63,333 bases of DNA, filler included, from Diploschistes diacapsis (GCA_023645945.1; 13 parts of 13 records of this genome joined end to end with filler, not necessarily neighbours in it), one strand, 5' to 3'; positions 13,895 to 25,346 are shown, counted from the whole stretch's first letter. Program-made: numbers and translations. The notes: generated from the letters alone by a model not told the origin.

Positions 13895-14859
13895 GAGCGT
13901 CGATGATACCTATGCTAGAATAGCAACAAGGGCGATGGGTGCCAATCCTGGACTTGGAATGCTGGAAAGCATATGAGAATTCACGTTTGAGAGCTTGTGG
14001 CTTTCGAGGAATAAATCAGAGGAGAATGGTTAGATCGGCCGGCAGAGAAAGTATTGGTGCATCTCATTCAATCTGTATGCTTTGAAATCTGGAGCAATTC
14101 GATGCGATACAAATGCTTCCAAACCCGATCGTGATGATATGTTTTCCGGACTCAAGTGTGAAGAGATAGTAGGTTGGAACATTGGCTTATATCTCAACTA
14201 CGTCTTGATGAATAGGGGGATTTCTCCCCCGGATAAGCTTGGACCAAACTTCGGGCACGCTCCCCCTTGAGATGCCCGCCCCCGTCATGTCCGCTGAAAT
14301 TGGTGTCCCTCCAATTGGCCAACTGGGCCAGCAAGAAACTTGATAATAAACGTATTCGGTGTTCGCACTGTCTAATTGCCTCAGTACCTACTGGTTGGGT
14401 AGGCGCATGGTAATCAACATGTTAGGCTATTGTATGCTACGAGGTATAGGGAGGTACGAAGTGACCCCCAGAATAAAGGTTAGCGCACAGGCAAGGGGTG
14501 CTTCACGAACATTTTCATTGATCTGAAGCACTATCTAATATTTTGTGTATATATCGATTACTGCCTGACAGCGTTCTGGCATGGTTTTTAGGAGTGTTTC
14601 AAGCTGTTTAGATAGCCTCCAACATTGCTAAAATAATAACCTTTTAGACACTTTTTAGAACAATTTTTTTCCGCGACAAATTTATGTCTGAAATGTTCCT
14701 GAATCTAACAGAGTTGTTGACCCGTGCAATGGGCACACCCGTGTCATGAACCTCGATGCATAACCTACCCGCTTACGATCGAGTTACGCGTATTATTATA
14801 CTATTCTTTCATTGCGAAAAGGATCTTACGAAAAAAATAATTCTAACGGAAGAGCCCTG

Positions 14860-14945
14860 CTTCGCGGGTTTTACGCGTTCCGCCATATTTTGCCAGAAAG
14901 TCTGACAAAACATAGCGAAACGGGCGAAACCGGCAAAAGCAGCAA
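14860..14945. repeat. Degenerate transposon relic with GGCGAAAC-type subrepeats upstream of NUP98
   Basis: 14884-14940 aligns, mostly by transitions, to 52933-52987 in a repeat contig, and lies in an AT-rich patch of ~14600-15280. Confidence 0.55.
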
Positions 14946-15650
14946 GGCCATTTAAATTATGACAGTAATCCAAAAAATCTTTCGAATTATTTTTTATAAA
15001 AAAGAAGCTTTTTTTATTTTAAAACGAATCAATTCTTTTCTGAAATAAGGTATCAAAAGTCGACTAATTTACCGCCTGGTTACTAGCGCTTTCACCTCGC
15101 TAAAGCTCTCGCGCCATAAATATCCACGCTTACGTAATATAAATTACGCCGTCCTTAACATTCTCGCGCCAATATACAGTACCTCCTGGTCAAATTCTGT
15201 ACCACCAACGGTAATATATTAATTAATTCGAATATTATAAATAGTTTATTAACTTAACCAAAATTCTGTAAATAGATCACGTGCCCTAGAGCTGTCTACC
15301 AAAGTGGCTTAGTGGCTTCACAACGGCTCGTGTTCGAGGGCAGACTTTCTCCTCACTACTTTTTCTACTACTTAATGGATACCACCTGATCCTGGAAGCG
15401 CGTCAACCTCACAATCTTTTCATCGCATCGCTCATCGTGTCGATGGCGATTGACGGTCATTTACGCGAAGGAACGGTTCTAGGTCTTTGTATTCGATGAC
15501 TCTGTCCGGACGCGCCTGATCATCTTAAGGGAGTTGTTGTAGATTCCTTGGTCTTCTAACTGGCACTCCACGAATTTCACGTCTCTTTCCACACTCAAGT
15601 TCCCCAACAAGTCAGCAGTATTGTCCTTCTTGCACTGACTATCAGTCACC

Positions 15651-18600
15651 ATGACTTTCAGCAGCTCTGGGTTTGGGGGCTTTGGCTCTGCAAACAATAA
15701 CCAGTCGAGCTTTGGAGGTGGAGGCTTTGGATCGACAAATAATACTAGTGGTGAGTCAAAACTTCCTCAATACACAATCAAGGGGTTGCCGGGCCGATTC
15801 ACATACTTTGCGGGCAACGACCATCCAAAGCGTCCGATACTTTGCGGATCAACGTCTGACATGGTTTCTTGCGCCATTCTAGGATTTGGCCAGCAAAACA
15901 ATACTGGTTTCGGGAGCACATCGAACAATACCAGCTCTGGTTTTGGAGGTATGTAATTTTCCAAGCGCTCTCAGGACATCCTTCGTGGCCAATACTTCCT
16001 ATTTGTGGACCAAGCGCGGAACAACGGAGAAGCCTGAATACACATAGTAGCGCGCATCTCGTATTCACACACAGCGATTACGGGATTCCTATTGCGCGCT
16101 CAAGATGTTACCATAAATCATGTTTCGTCGGGTCCTCGGACACCTTGGCTAACTTACGATTTGATAGGCTTCGGCTCATCAAACACTGCTTTCGGTGCAG
16201 CAAAACCTACTTTCGGCTCAACAACTACAAGTAGCGGTTCACTCTTCGGAAGTACCACAGCAACGACGGGAGGCGGTTTTGGAGGCGGTGGGTTTGGCGC
16301 AACCAATACCGCCTCTACAGGGTTTGGAGGAAACAGTACCGCAGGTGGCACCCTGTTCGGGCAGCAGAACAAGCCCGCCAGCGCCTTTGGGGGCTCTGGG
16401 GGTGGAATCTTTGGAGGTGGGACGACTGGTAGTGCTTTTGGCTCTAACAATAACAACAACAACAATACCGCATCGACTGGAGGCCTATTTGGCGGTGGTG
16501 GAGTAGGCACTGCTTTAGGCGCCAGTGTTCCAGAATCGCAAGGAACGGCATCCACACCATATCAGCCGACTACCGAGAAGGAGACAAACTCTAGCACGGT
16601 GAATAACTTCCAATCGATTACTATGCAGCAACCATATTCAAAATATTCTTTCGAGGTAGGCCGTATAGTCACTAGTTCTTTTATTTTCTACTAACCAGAA
16701 CAGGAATTAAGAATAGGCGATTACAACGCCGGTCGTCGCTTTGCGAACGCAAGTGGTCAAGCTGGCACGTTCGGAGCAAGCACCGGATTTGGTGGATTCG
16801 GAAATCAAAACACTCAGACTCAAGTAACTGGCTTTGCTGGCAACACCGGTAGTAGCCTGTTTGGAGGCGCAAACAGTACCGCAGGGCCCGGCTTTGGAGG
16901 CAACACTTCAACCGTTGGTGCATTTGGCAACAACAATGCATTTGGTGCGAAACCGGCAGGAAGTCTCTTTGGGTCCACGGCAACTACAGGCCAGTCTTCG
17001 GGTGGCATCTTTGGCACAACAGGAGGCGCCAGCTTTGGGCAGCAAAACAGCAATGCTTTTGGCAACACGCAGAACACGGCTAGTCCATTCGGTCAGAATA
17101 ATACTCTGCAGAAGCCAGGGAGTATTTTCGGTTCCACAAACAGTACAGGCAATGCCTTTGGAGGTGGGGCGACGACCAATACCGGATTTGGATCCGGGGG
17201 AGGTCTCTTCGCTCAGCAAAACCAAACCCAGCCCCAGAATAGCAGCCCTTTTGGCCAAAATCAACAGCAACAGAACGCGACTCCGTTCGGTCAAGCTGCG
17301 GTCACCAATACAGGCTTCGGTGCTTTTGGTAACAATGCCAACAATAACCTGCAGAAACCAAATACTCTCTTCGGCAGTACTAATACTGGACAAGCCGGAG
17401 GCCTTTTCGGCAACAACACGCAAAACAATCAACAGCAAGGCAGCGTCTTCGGCAGCACAAACAACGCTACCGGTGGAGGCTTGTTCGGGAACACAAACAA
17501 CACCAACAACAATGCGACCAACAGCCTCTTTGCTCCTAAACCGGCTACTGGTCCTTCTTTGTTTGGCAATACGCAGCCCAATCAACAGAACGCTACCAAC
17601 CCGTTCGGCCAAGCTCCGACCCAGCAGGATAATACCTCGGGCCTATTCGGAAATTCTCAGCAAAAGCCATTGGGGACCGGAGGCGGTCTCTTTGGAAACA
17701 CGACTCAGCAGCCTGCCAACAACTCGCTCTTCGGGAACGCTACTGCGAATCAGAATCCAGGTGGTAGCTTGCTCGGCAACTCCCTCTTCGGGAATCAGCA
17801 ACAGCAACCGAACACCTTACAGCCACCTCAAGGACTGAGCGCATCAATAACCGATCCAAATCCTTATGGCAGCATCTCCATCTTCAACGGTCTCCCACCA
17901 CCGCCTCAGACTAACCCAGGTCCAATTTCCACGCCCATTTACGTAGGTCAGAAGCAGAAGAAACCTGCGGTACTGCCACAATATCGCTTGAACCCGGCTA
18001 TGTCGGCCCGCTACGTTACCCCCCAACGTCGCGGATACGGGTTTTCTTATTCTACGTACGGAACACCGCAAAGTGCAATGAGCAGCGCAAGCACACCTGG
18101 CGGACTCAGCGCCAGTTTACTTGGTGGTAGCATAGGAAGAAATCTTGGCAAAAGCTTCTCGACGAGTAACTTGCGCAGGAACTACGATGCTGATGGCGAT
18201 AGTATTTTATCGCCTGGAGCCTTCACGGCCAGCAGTTCTCGCTTTTCCCAGCATGGGAGTATGAAAAAGCTCACGATTGATCGGACGCTGAGAAGCGACC
18301 TTTTTGGGACCGCACCACTCGCTCTGCCAAGTACGGAAAAGTCCGACCCCAAGAACTCTGCCTCGCTGAAGAAGCGTGTCAGCTTCGATGCGACCGCTGT
18401 CGGCGGCAACGTCAACAGCACCAGCGAGGCAAACGGCACGGCCGAATCCAGCGGAGCGTTGCCGGACGGGACCACAAATGGCGAGCTCAGCCCAACACCC
18501 AGTGCTCAAGAGCAAGGCTATCTTCGTTCGTCTTCGCGTATGAATCTCTTCAGTGGCAAGATGAACGGTGCTCGGCGATCGCAAGGAGGGCACCAACCTG

Positions 18601-21600
18601 AATCGTCACAAGTTCGGGGCAACGAGCTCGCTATCGTCCATGAAGATGGATCTTTGGAAGAGTCTGAGGAAGACATTTCCCGAGCACTTGCAAATAGAGA
18701 TCTTACGGATCCCGAGCCTGGCGCATACTGGACTGAGCCGCCGATGGCAGAACTCAAGAGGATGAGTCGAGATCAGTTGAAAAAAATCGAGGGTTTCCGG
18801 GTGGGACGTGAGAGGTGTGGCGAGTGCCAGTTCAAAGCACCGGTCGATCTTACGACCGTGGACCTGGATAACTTCTTTGGACACATTGCTGACATTACTA
18901 TTCGAAGCTGCACTATCTACACAACTACCGCCAACAAACCCCCTCAAGGCCGTGGTCTGAACGTCCCCGCAAGAATCACCCTGGAGAACTCATGGCCACG
19001 GTCCCGAAACAAACGAGACCCTCTGCCTGACATCAGCGGGCCAGCGTTCGAGAAGCATGTTCAGCGTCTTAAAGGCGTTCGAGGTACAACATTCATCGCA
19101 TACGACAAAAAGCAAGGGGCATGGACCTTTGAAGTCCCTCACTTCACAACGTACGCCCTAGACTATGAGGATGACGAAAATGAAGCTGATCCCAATGATT
19201 CGAGCGGTCTTAGTGATGCTACGGATCCGCCGACTCCCACTCCTCGCATTAGGCAATCTCGAGCTGGATCCACGCCGGCTCCGGCCCGATCAGGGGCAAG
19301 AGAGAGCTCGATGCTTACTGATAGCTTTGTGCAGCCAAGCTCAGAGCCAGACGATACGTTCGAATTTAAAAAACGACGGGTGCCTGGAGAGTTCGATGAA
19401 GCACCGGCGGTTGGTGAAGACGAAGCTGAGATGGAGGATATCCAAGAAGATGGACCACCATTCTTAGCGCAACGCTCGGTCGTTCAGCCCGACGACGACT
19501 TGGACGAGCCGAGCGAAATCGAACCGAGCAGGACTATAGAGAACCAGTCTCTGATCGTTAGAGCCGAAGAGGAAGATAATGACGTGACGGTCGACATGGT
19601 AGGGTCTTTCCCAGAAGAACGCGGCTCCAGGTCGATTCTCCAGAACGGCAGCTACGACCAGGCTACACCTCTTAAAGCACTGCTCGATCTCCATGATGAC
19701 TGGGCTGCGCAGTTACAGCGGACGATTAGCCCAAGAAAGCGCGATCGTCAGGCCTTAAAGGATAGCCAGGCTTTACTATTTCATGATGCCGATTTGGATA
19801 TGCACGCGTCCCGCACCACGAAAAGTCCCAAGATGGATGGCGGCGAAATCACAAATAGCATCGACCTCATGAAATCTTTATTAGGCAAGGAGGAAATGCG
19901 CAGAAGCGTCCAGGGTACCGGCATGCAAGAAGCAAGGAAAGGCTTTCAGGTTTGATTTACCCCATCCTACTCCACGAGAATGCTTAACGTCCCCAAATAT
20001 ACCCTCGGATACCCGGTCATGTATGTAGCAATAGATAATAGGAATAAATGCTGAAAGTTTTTCCTCAATAGTGGCCTTATCTCAAAACGTCCGACCCTCA
20101 GCAGCCCGAAATGAGCGAAGTAGAGCGTGATTTTCACAATTCTTTCAAGCCTACATGGGGTCCAGGAGGTGTCTTAATCCATGCTACGCACAATGGTATG
20201 GTCGAGGAACCACGAAGCCATCAGGTTCCGTCAATGGATGTTGTCGGAAGCATTGCGTCTGAACACTATGACATACGCTTCTCGAAATTTTCGTCATCGA
20301 AGGATGTGAGCCTCTGCTGCGAATGAGTCTGGCCCAAAGCTGACAATCTTTAGAGCGATCCCCGTGGTTATGCAACGCAGCTAGAACGGACGTTTATTGA
20401 AGTCGTGGACGGAGTTCCCTTCGCTCGACCCGCTGAAATGTCGTACGAATTATCGGATAAACCGGCTGGCGTTCGCGAAGAACATCTTATCTGGGAGCTG
20501 TCCCATATACTGTTCGATGACTATGACGATGCCTACTCCGAAGGACTTACCTCGGAAGACCGGACCAAGTATGAAGACCGTATACGCAAGGATCGGTTGT
20601 CCGCATATTGGTCTCAGCTGTGCCGTCAAGATGCACTGGAGGCTGTCCGTCGAGCTCAGAGCCCCGAAGAGCGGGCCATTGCTTACTTGTCCATGAACGC
20701 TGTGGTAGAATCCTGCAATGCCCTCGCCGAAGGCAAGGACTATCGCCTGGCGACACTGGTAGCTCAGATTGGCGGGGACAAGACCATGCACGAAGACATG
20801 GCCGAGCAGATCAAAAGCTGGAAACAGTTGAACGTCCTCTCCGAAATGAACGAGCCCATCCGCGCCCTCTACGAACTTCTCTCCGGCAATGTCTGTGTGT
20901 GCGAAGGCAAAAGGGGCGCCGTCGAAGATCGCATCCCCACATTCACCATCAGCTCGCGCTTCAACCTCCCGTGGACCCGCGCCTTCGGTCTCCGCCTCTG
21001 GTACGCCATTCTCGACGACCAGCCCATCGAGGCCGCTGTGCAGGCCTTCCTCGACGACCTTTCCTCCGACTCCGAACCCGCCAAGCCCAAACCACGGTTC
21101 ATGTCCAAGCCGGGCTACAAGGCCAAGTCCGATTCGGCGCGTGAGAAAAGAGAAGACGTGCTTTGGGGTATCCTCCGCATCTACACGGAGGCCAAGACCA
21201 ACAGCCACAAAACGCGCCTCGCGGACGTCCTTGTCCCTGAAAACCTCACGGGCAACCCGGTGGACTACAAGCTCGCCTTCGAGCTCTACCATGCCCTGAG
21301 TCCCGTCGCGCCCATCCCCGGCGGCGGCGACAGGCTCAGCCTCGCTTTCGCGGAGCAACTGGAGGGCGCGGGATTGTGGCTATGGGCGCTCTTCGCGCTG
21401 CTGCACGTTGGTCCGCAGCAGCCGCAGGACGGCACGGACACGGAGACGGCGTCGGCGGCACGCGCAGCCGCCGTCAAGGACCTCCTGGGGCGCCAAGCGG
21501 ACAAGATGGACGTCGACGGCGACGAGAGCATAAGGAGGGAGCTGTTCGACGTGTTCCGCATCCCGGCAGCGTGGGTGTACGAGGCCAAGGCCCTGCATGC

Positions 21601-22222
21601 GAGGGCCGTGGAGGGGGATGCGGCGAAGGAGGTGCGGTTCCTGCAAAAGGCAGAGAGCTGGGAGGAGGCGCACAGGGTGCTCTGCGCCACGGTGGCGCCC
21701 AGGGCGGTGGTGGAGAGGGAGTACGGCGAGCTGGGGGAGTTGCTGCGGGGTTTCGAGGGGGCGCGGGGAAAGGTGCATGAGTGGAGGGCCGGCGGCGCGG
21801 CGTACAGGGACTATCTCGCCCTCCTCGAGCGCGGCCCGGGCGACGAGAAGCAGAGGCTGCTGGGCAGGCTGCTGAGGAGCCTGCCGGAGCTGGCTCACGC
21901 CGGGAAGGACACGAAGCGATCGAGGGGCCGGAAGGGCAGCGGCGTGCCGGAGAAGGGCAGCGGGAGCGAGGCCTTCTTGAGCCACGTGGCCGCCAAGGAG
22001 ATGGGCTGGGTGGTGGGGGACATGGTGCTGGCGGATCGGGAGAACGTGAGTCTTTCGGTTCTCTGGGGCTATCATCTCATGTGGAAGGTGCTGATAATTT
22101 TTTTGCTACAGGAGAGAGACCACGCGCTCGTTCTGCAGCTGCCGCTTACGCGCGAGATGAGGCACGAGCGGAGCAGGGAGCTGGGGCTCGAGTACTATCG
22201 GAAGCTCATGGCTGTCGGCTGA
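15651..22222 (+). CDS. NUP98: Nucleoporin Nup98-Nup96 precursor (SONB/Nup189/Nup145 orthologue); join(15651..15750,15883..15948,16168..16655,16704..19949,20072..20305,20354..22045,22112..22222), ~1978 aa
   Basis: N-terminal FG/GLFG repeats; GLEBS motif (FQSITMQQPYSKYSFEELRIGDY across intron 3); autoprotease domain (KPPQGRGLNVPARITLENSWP...WTFEVPHFTTY); Nup96 domain (DYRLATLVAQIGGD...LYELLSGN...LPWTRAFGLRLWY). All six introns are GT-AG and frame-consistent. Confidence 0.97.
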
Positions 22223-22331
22223 AGGCCGTGCCATGAGGGCGATGGACGGTTTGCCTTTTTAGGGGCGGGTGATGACAACTGCCCAGGGTGGTTTGGGCAG
22301 AGCAGACACGTGACAAAGGAAAGAGAGGGGG

Positions 22332-22431
22332 NNNNNNNNNNNNNNNNNNNNNNNNNNNNNNNNNNNNNNNNNNNNTTAATTAATTAANNNNNNNNNNNNN
22401 NNNNNNNNNNNNNNNNNNNNNNNNNNNNNNN
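22332..22431. other. Artificial contig-joining spacer N44-TTAATTAATTAA-N44 (first of 12; the others start at 24029, 25723, 27417, 49804, 51498, 53191, 54884, 56575, 58266, 59956, 61645)
   Basis: An identical 100-nt block occurs 12 times; TTAATTAATTAA places stop codons in all six frames. Confidence 0.99.
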
Positions 22432-23369
22432 AATTAAAGGTTGTATCCTTGAAACGGAAGATTATATACGTTATCTTATTATCGGCGTCGTTGAACCTAT
22501 CTTCGTTCATTTTTAGCTTATTTTTAATTAAACGACGCTATTATTTATAATTAAGATCCTCTTTAGTATCCGTCGAGAATTTAAATAGATTTAGCAATTT
22601 ATGCGATAAGAAACGTTCCCCGTTGCTAATTTCGGTAAGTTCTCGTCGGTTCCGAAGTTCTTTGATCGTTACTCGTAGATCGATAATTTCGTCGATTAAA
22701 TAAACTCAGATAACCTGTTTTTTATCTAATAATTATTTTAGCTCGTTTCTTTTAATTAAATCTTTCTCGAATTGTTATTAGAATCGTTGAATCTTTTAAT
22801 CGTTTTATTAATTCGTTTCTTCGACGATTGCCACGTAGATACGTATTAACTTTATTAGCTTCGTTAATTCATCTTTAATTCGTTAATAGATCTCTTTTAT
22901 TTATTTTTATAATTATAGGTCTATCACGTTCTCGATAACGTTGTCTTAATTAACCTGTTCTTTTATCGGATTTTTGAACGAAAATATTCGTCGCTTAGGT
23001 TCGTCGCGGGGGCCCTTCTGGGATCCTTCCCGTACTGGTTCTTCGCTGGTATTAAATCCTTCGAAAATTTCTGGCGTTAATGATTATTATAACGCGAAAT
23101 ATCTTACGGATTATTTTTTAACTAGCGATTCGTTTGTTGAATCGTATTCTTTAATCGATGGTATCTCGATTAATTCTTTAAAAGACGGAAATATTATCGA
23201 TTCTTTTTTTTTTTTTGATTCTTTCTATCAGCGGGGGCTATTATTTATAATAAATCGGCGGGTAGTACTTTCGAGTTCCGGTTATCGTAGACTTATTCGA
23301 ATACTTAATATTCGATTGACGTTTTAAACTCTCGTCACGAGTACGAAGATAAAATAAACTTTTCGAATA

Positions 23370-23702
23370 TGAAACGCCAGCGTAAAAAAGGATGTTATTT
23401 TATCGGGGGCTAAACCTGATCCGGAAGGATTAGATGTAACTTAGGTATCTATAAATAAAAGATCTCGATTCGAAAAGCTGAAGAAGAAACTATTTAAATG
23501 GGAGGAGGGCACCGTTAAGTAATGTGGGTGCCAGCCTACCGGGGTTCGGGGACTACCCATCTACACAGCCACCTCCTGACCCTGCCGTGTCTTGGCAAGC
23601 ACCTGGGCATTGACCCTGCCGTGGCTTGGCAAGCACCTGGGCATTGACCCTGCCGTGGCTTGGCAGGCCCAGCTTGGCAGGCCCCTGGGCTGGGCTGTCT
23701 CA
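23370..23702 (-). mobile_element. LTR family B, probable 5' LTR (333 bp, TGAGAC...GTTTCA on minus), followed on the minus strand by RIP-degraded gag-like sequence toward 22432
   Basis: Homologous to 26229-26509 and 60730-61026; TG...CA termini; no PPT and no matching TSD; internal ~34-bp tandem repeats (TGACCCTGCCGTGGCTTGGCAAGCACCTGGGCAT). Confidence 0.8.
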
Positions 23703-24028
23703 AAGACTTGTTATTAAACTTGTCCATTATAACCTAAATGCTATCATATGAAACACCTGTCACTGAATCCTTAAATATTAACAGTTTGATTATAAAGTCT
23801 ATCGTAATTATCTTTTATGATCGATCTGGTTTCTCAATGGTCTATAAAATCCCATATTTCCTGTACGTAAAGTGTTTATTCTTCTAACAGCTCTCGCATT
23901 ATTTAATAAAATTAATAACTTATTGCTTCATTCCTTCGAAATGGCAGTTTCGTTAGATGACCTTAATAATATTCGTGATACCTCCATATCTATATTCTAG
24001 TAGGTCATGATGTTGTCGTATATAATCC
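23703..24028 (-). mobile_element. RIP-mutated Ty3/gypsy integrase fragment (HHCC zinc finger and start of core), interrupted by LTR-B
   Basis: Minus-strand translation: QHHDLLEYRYGG...RNCHFEGMKQ*V..FIK*CESC*KNKH...*KIITIDFIIKL...DSVTGVSYDSI*VIMDKF. Stops fall at Q/W codon positions, as expected from RIP. Confidence 0.85.
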
Positions 24029-24399
24029 NNNNNNNNNNNNNNNNNNNNNNNNNNNNNNNNNNNNNNNNNNNNTTAATTAATTAANNNNNNNNNNNNNNNN
24101 NNNNNNNNNNNNNNNNNNNNNNNNNNNNGGATAAATCGGTTAAAATCACGATTACAGACCTAACGTCGGTAAGATAAGCCGTTTTCGTTAAAACACACGG
24201 GTCTAATAAGCGGATCAAGAAATTATCAGACATCCCGAACAATAAATAATCTAAAATTAGGGTCCATAACCAGAAAAACGAGTCGTAAAAATCCTAACCG
24301 GGGAAAGTCCTTTTTTCTCATATCCCGAAAAACGGCGGTTAACGGTAAAAATTTTTTATTTATTTTATTCTTATAGTTTTTATTTGTCAGGTTTAAAAT

Positions 24400-24838
24400 C
24401 GGAAGATAGGCAGTCTTTATTATTAAAGGACCTTAAAGGTCCATATTCTATTATTATTATAAAAGAAATATAACAGAAATTTGATAAGGCTTGTTATAAA
24501 AATTCACATATTTTTTAATCAGAATTATTGTAAGAACAGATTCCTTATTCCTTTCGTATGTCTAGAAAGTTCGATGTTAGATGCGATATTTCGAAATACT
24601 TCACTAATACAGCTTATAAAAAAGTAAATCAGAAGGTACGTCTTAGCGACAAACCTAATCCGAATACTAGAACTGCGCTAGGAGGCTCGCCGGCATGGAG
24701 AGAAGCGGAGTTACAAAGGATGGTTTCAGCAGCAAAAATAGCACTGAATAACCAATATTTAGGTCTCATTATCCTAAGGTTTTCATAAATGCCTAGAAAG
24801 GAACGCCTTACGGAAAAATAAAAATAGACCCTAAATAT
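24400..24838 (+). mobile_element. RIP-mutated Ty3/gypsy pol fragment (protease-RT linker region)
   Basis: AYKKVNQKVRLSDKP...ALGGSPAW...LIILRFS*MPRKERLTE resembles the KVRP...PGG..W...FS.IPRG.RLT linker of a fungal gypsy lineage. Confidence 0.55.
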
Positions 24839-25307
24839 TGTTATGATCTCTATCTATACAAGGTATACACAAGTAGAGTCAAGGTGGGTTTGGTCTCTGT
24901 TAGAAGAGGAATACAAACAGGAGAAGAAGGTAGAACAATTATAAGTCTTAAACTATTTTTAAAAAGAAAGTTCTTTAAAGATAGAAATAACGAATATAAA
25001 TTAATCCCGAGTACTGACTAAAAATGTTTATAAAAGTAAACATATCCTAAACTCGTAAAGGCTATAACGACGTTTTTATATAATTTAAAACGATAATTAA
25101 TTATCGACAGTAAAGCTATTATAATAAAACTATTATTAATAAATATTTATCCCGATAAATCTATTCTCGATAAATATTTATTTAACGGAAGTTTATTAAT
25201 CACGTAACCCCGAGTCCGTGGTTGGTCTATATACAAAAAATGGTTAGGAAGTGCCCGACTAGCTGTTGCGTGCCAAGTACTACCGACTAGTACCTTGGAT
25301 CGTAACA
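24839..25307. mobile_element. LTR family C (~469 bp; TGTTATGATCT...GGATCGTAACA); related ends at ~56780-56891 and ~59520-59599
   Basis: 11-bp terminal inverted repeat (TGTTACGATCC, with RIP-type changes on the left). All three ends share TGGATCGTAACA, with a TCACGTRACC motif upstream. No matching TSD. Confidence 0.7.
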
Positions 25308-25346
25308 CACGGCCGTGTCAGTGTCAGTGACGGCAAGCCTAGCATT

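Noticed and set aside
16834..17838. 334-aa alternative-frame ORF and antisense ORFs overlapping NUP98 (also 20450-22075)
   Set aside because: Expected shadows of low-complexity FG codons and very high GC3; no independent coding signal.
22376..22387. Regularly recurring TTAATTAATTAA with ~1.6 kb spacing, superficially a CRISPR-like or satellite array
   Set aside because: Always centred in N44...N44; it is a synthetic six-frame stop linker.
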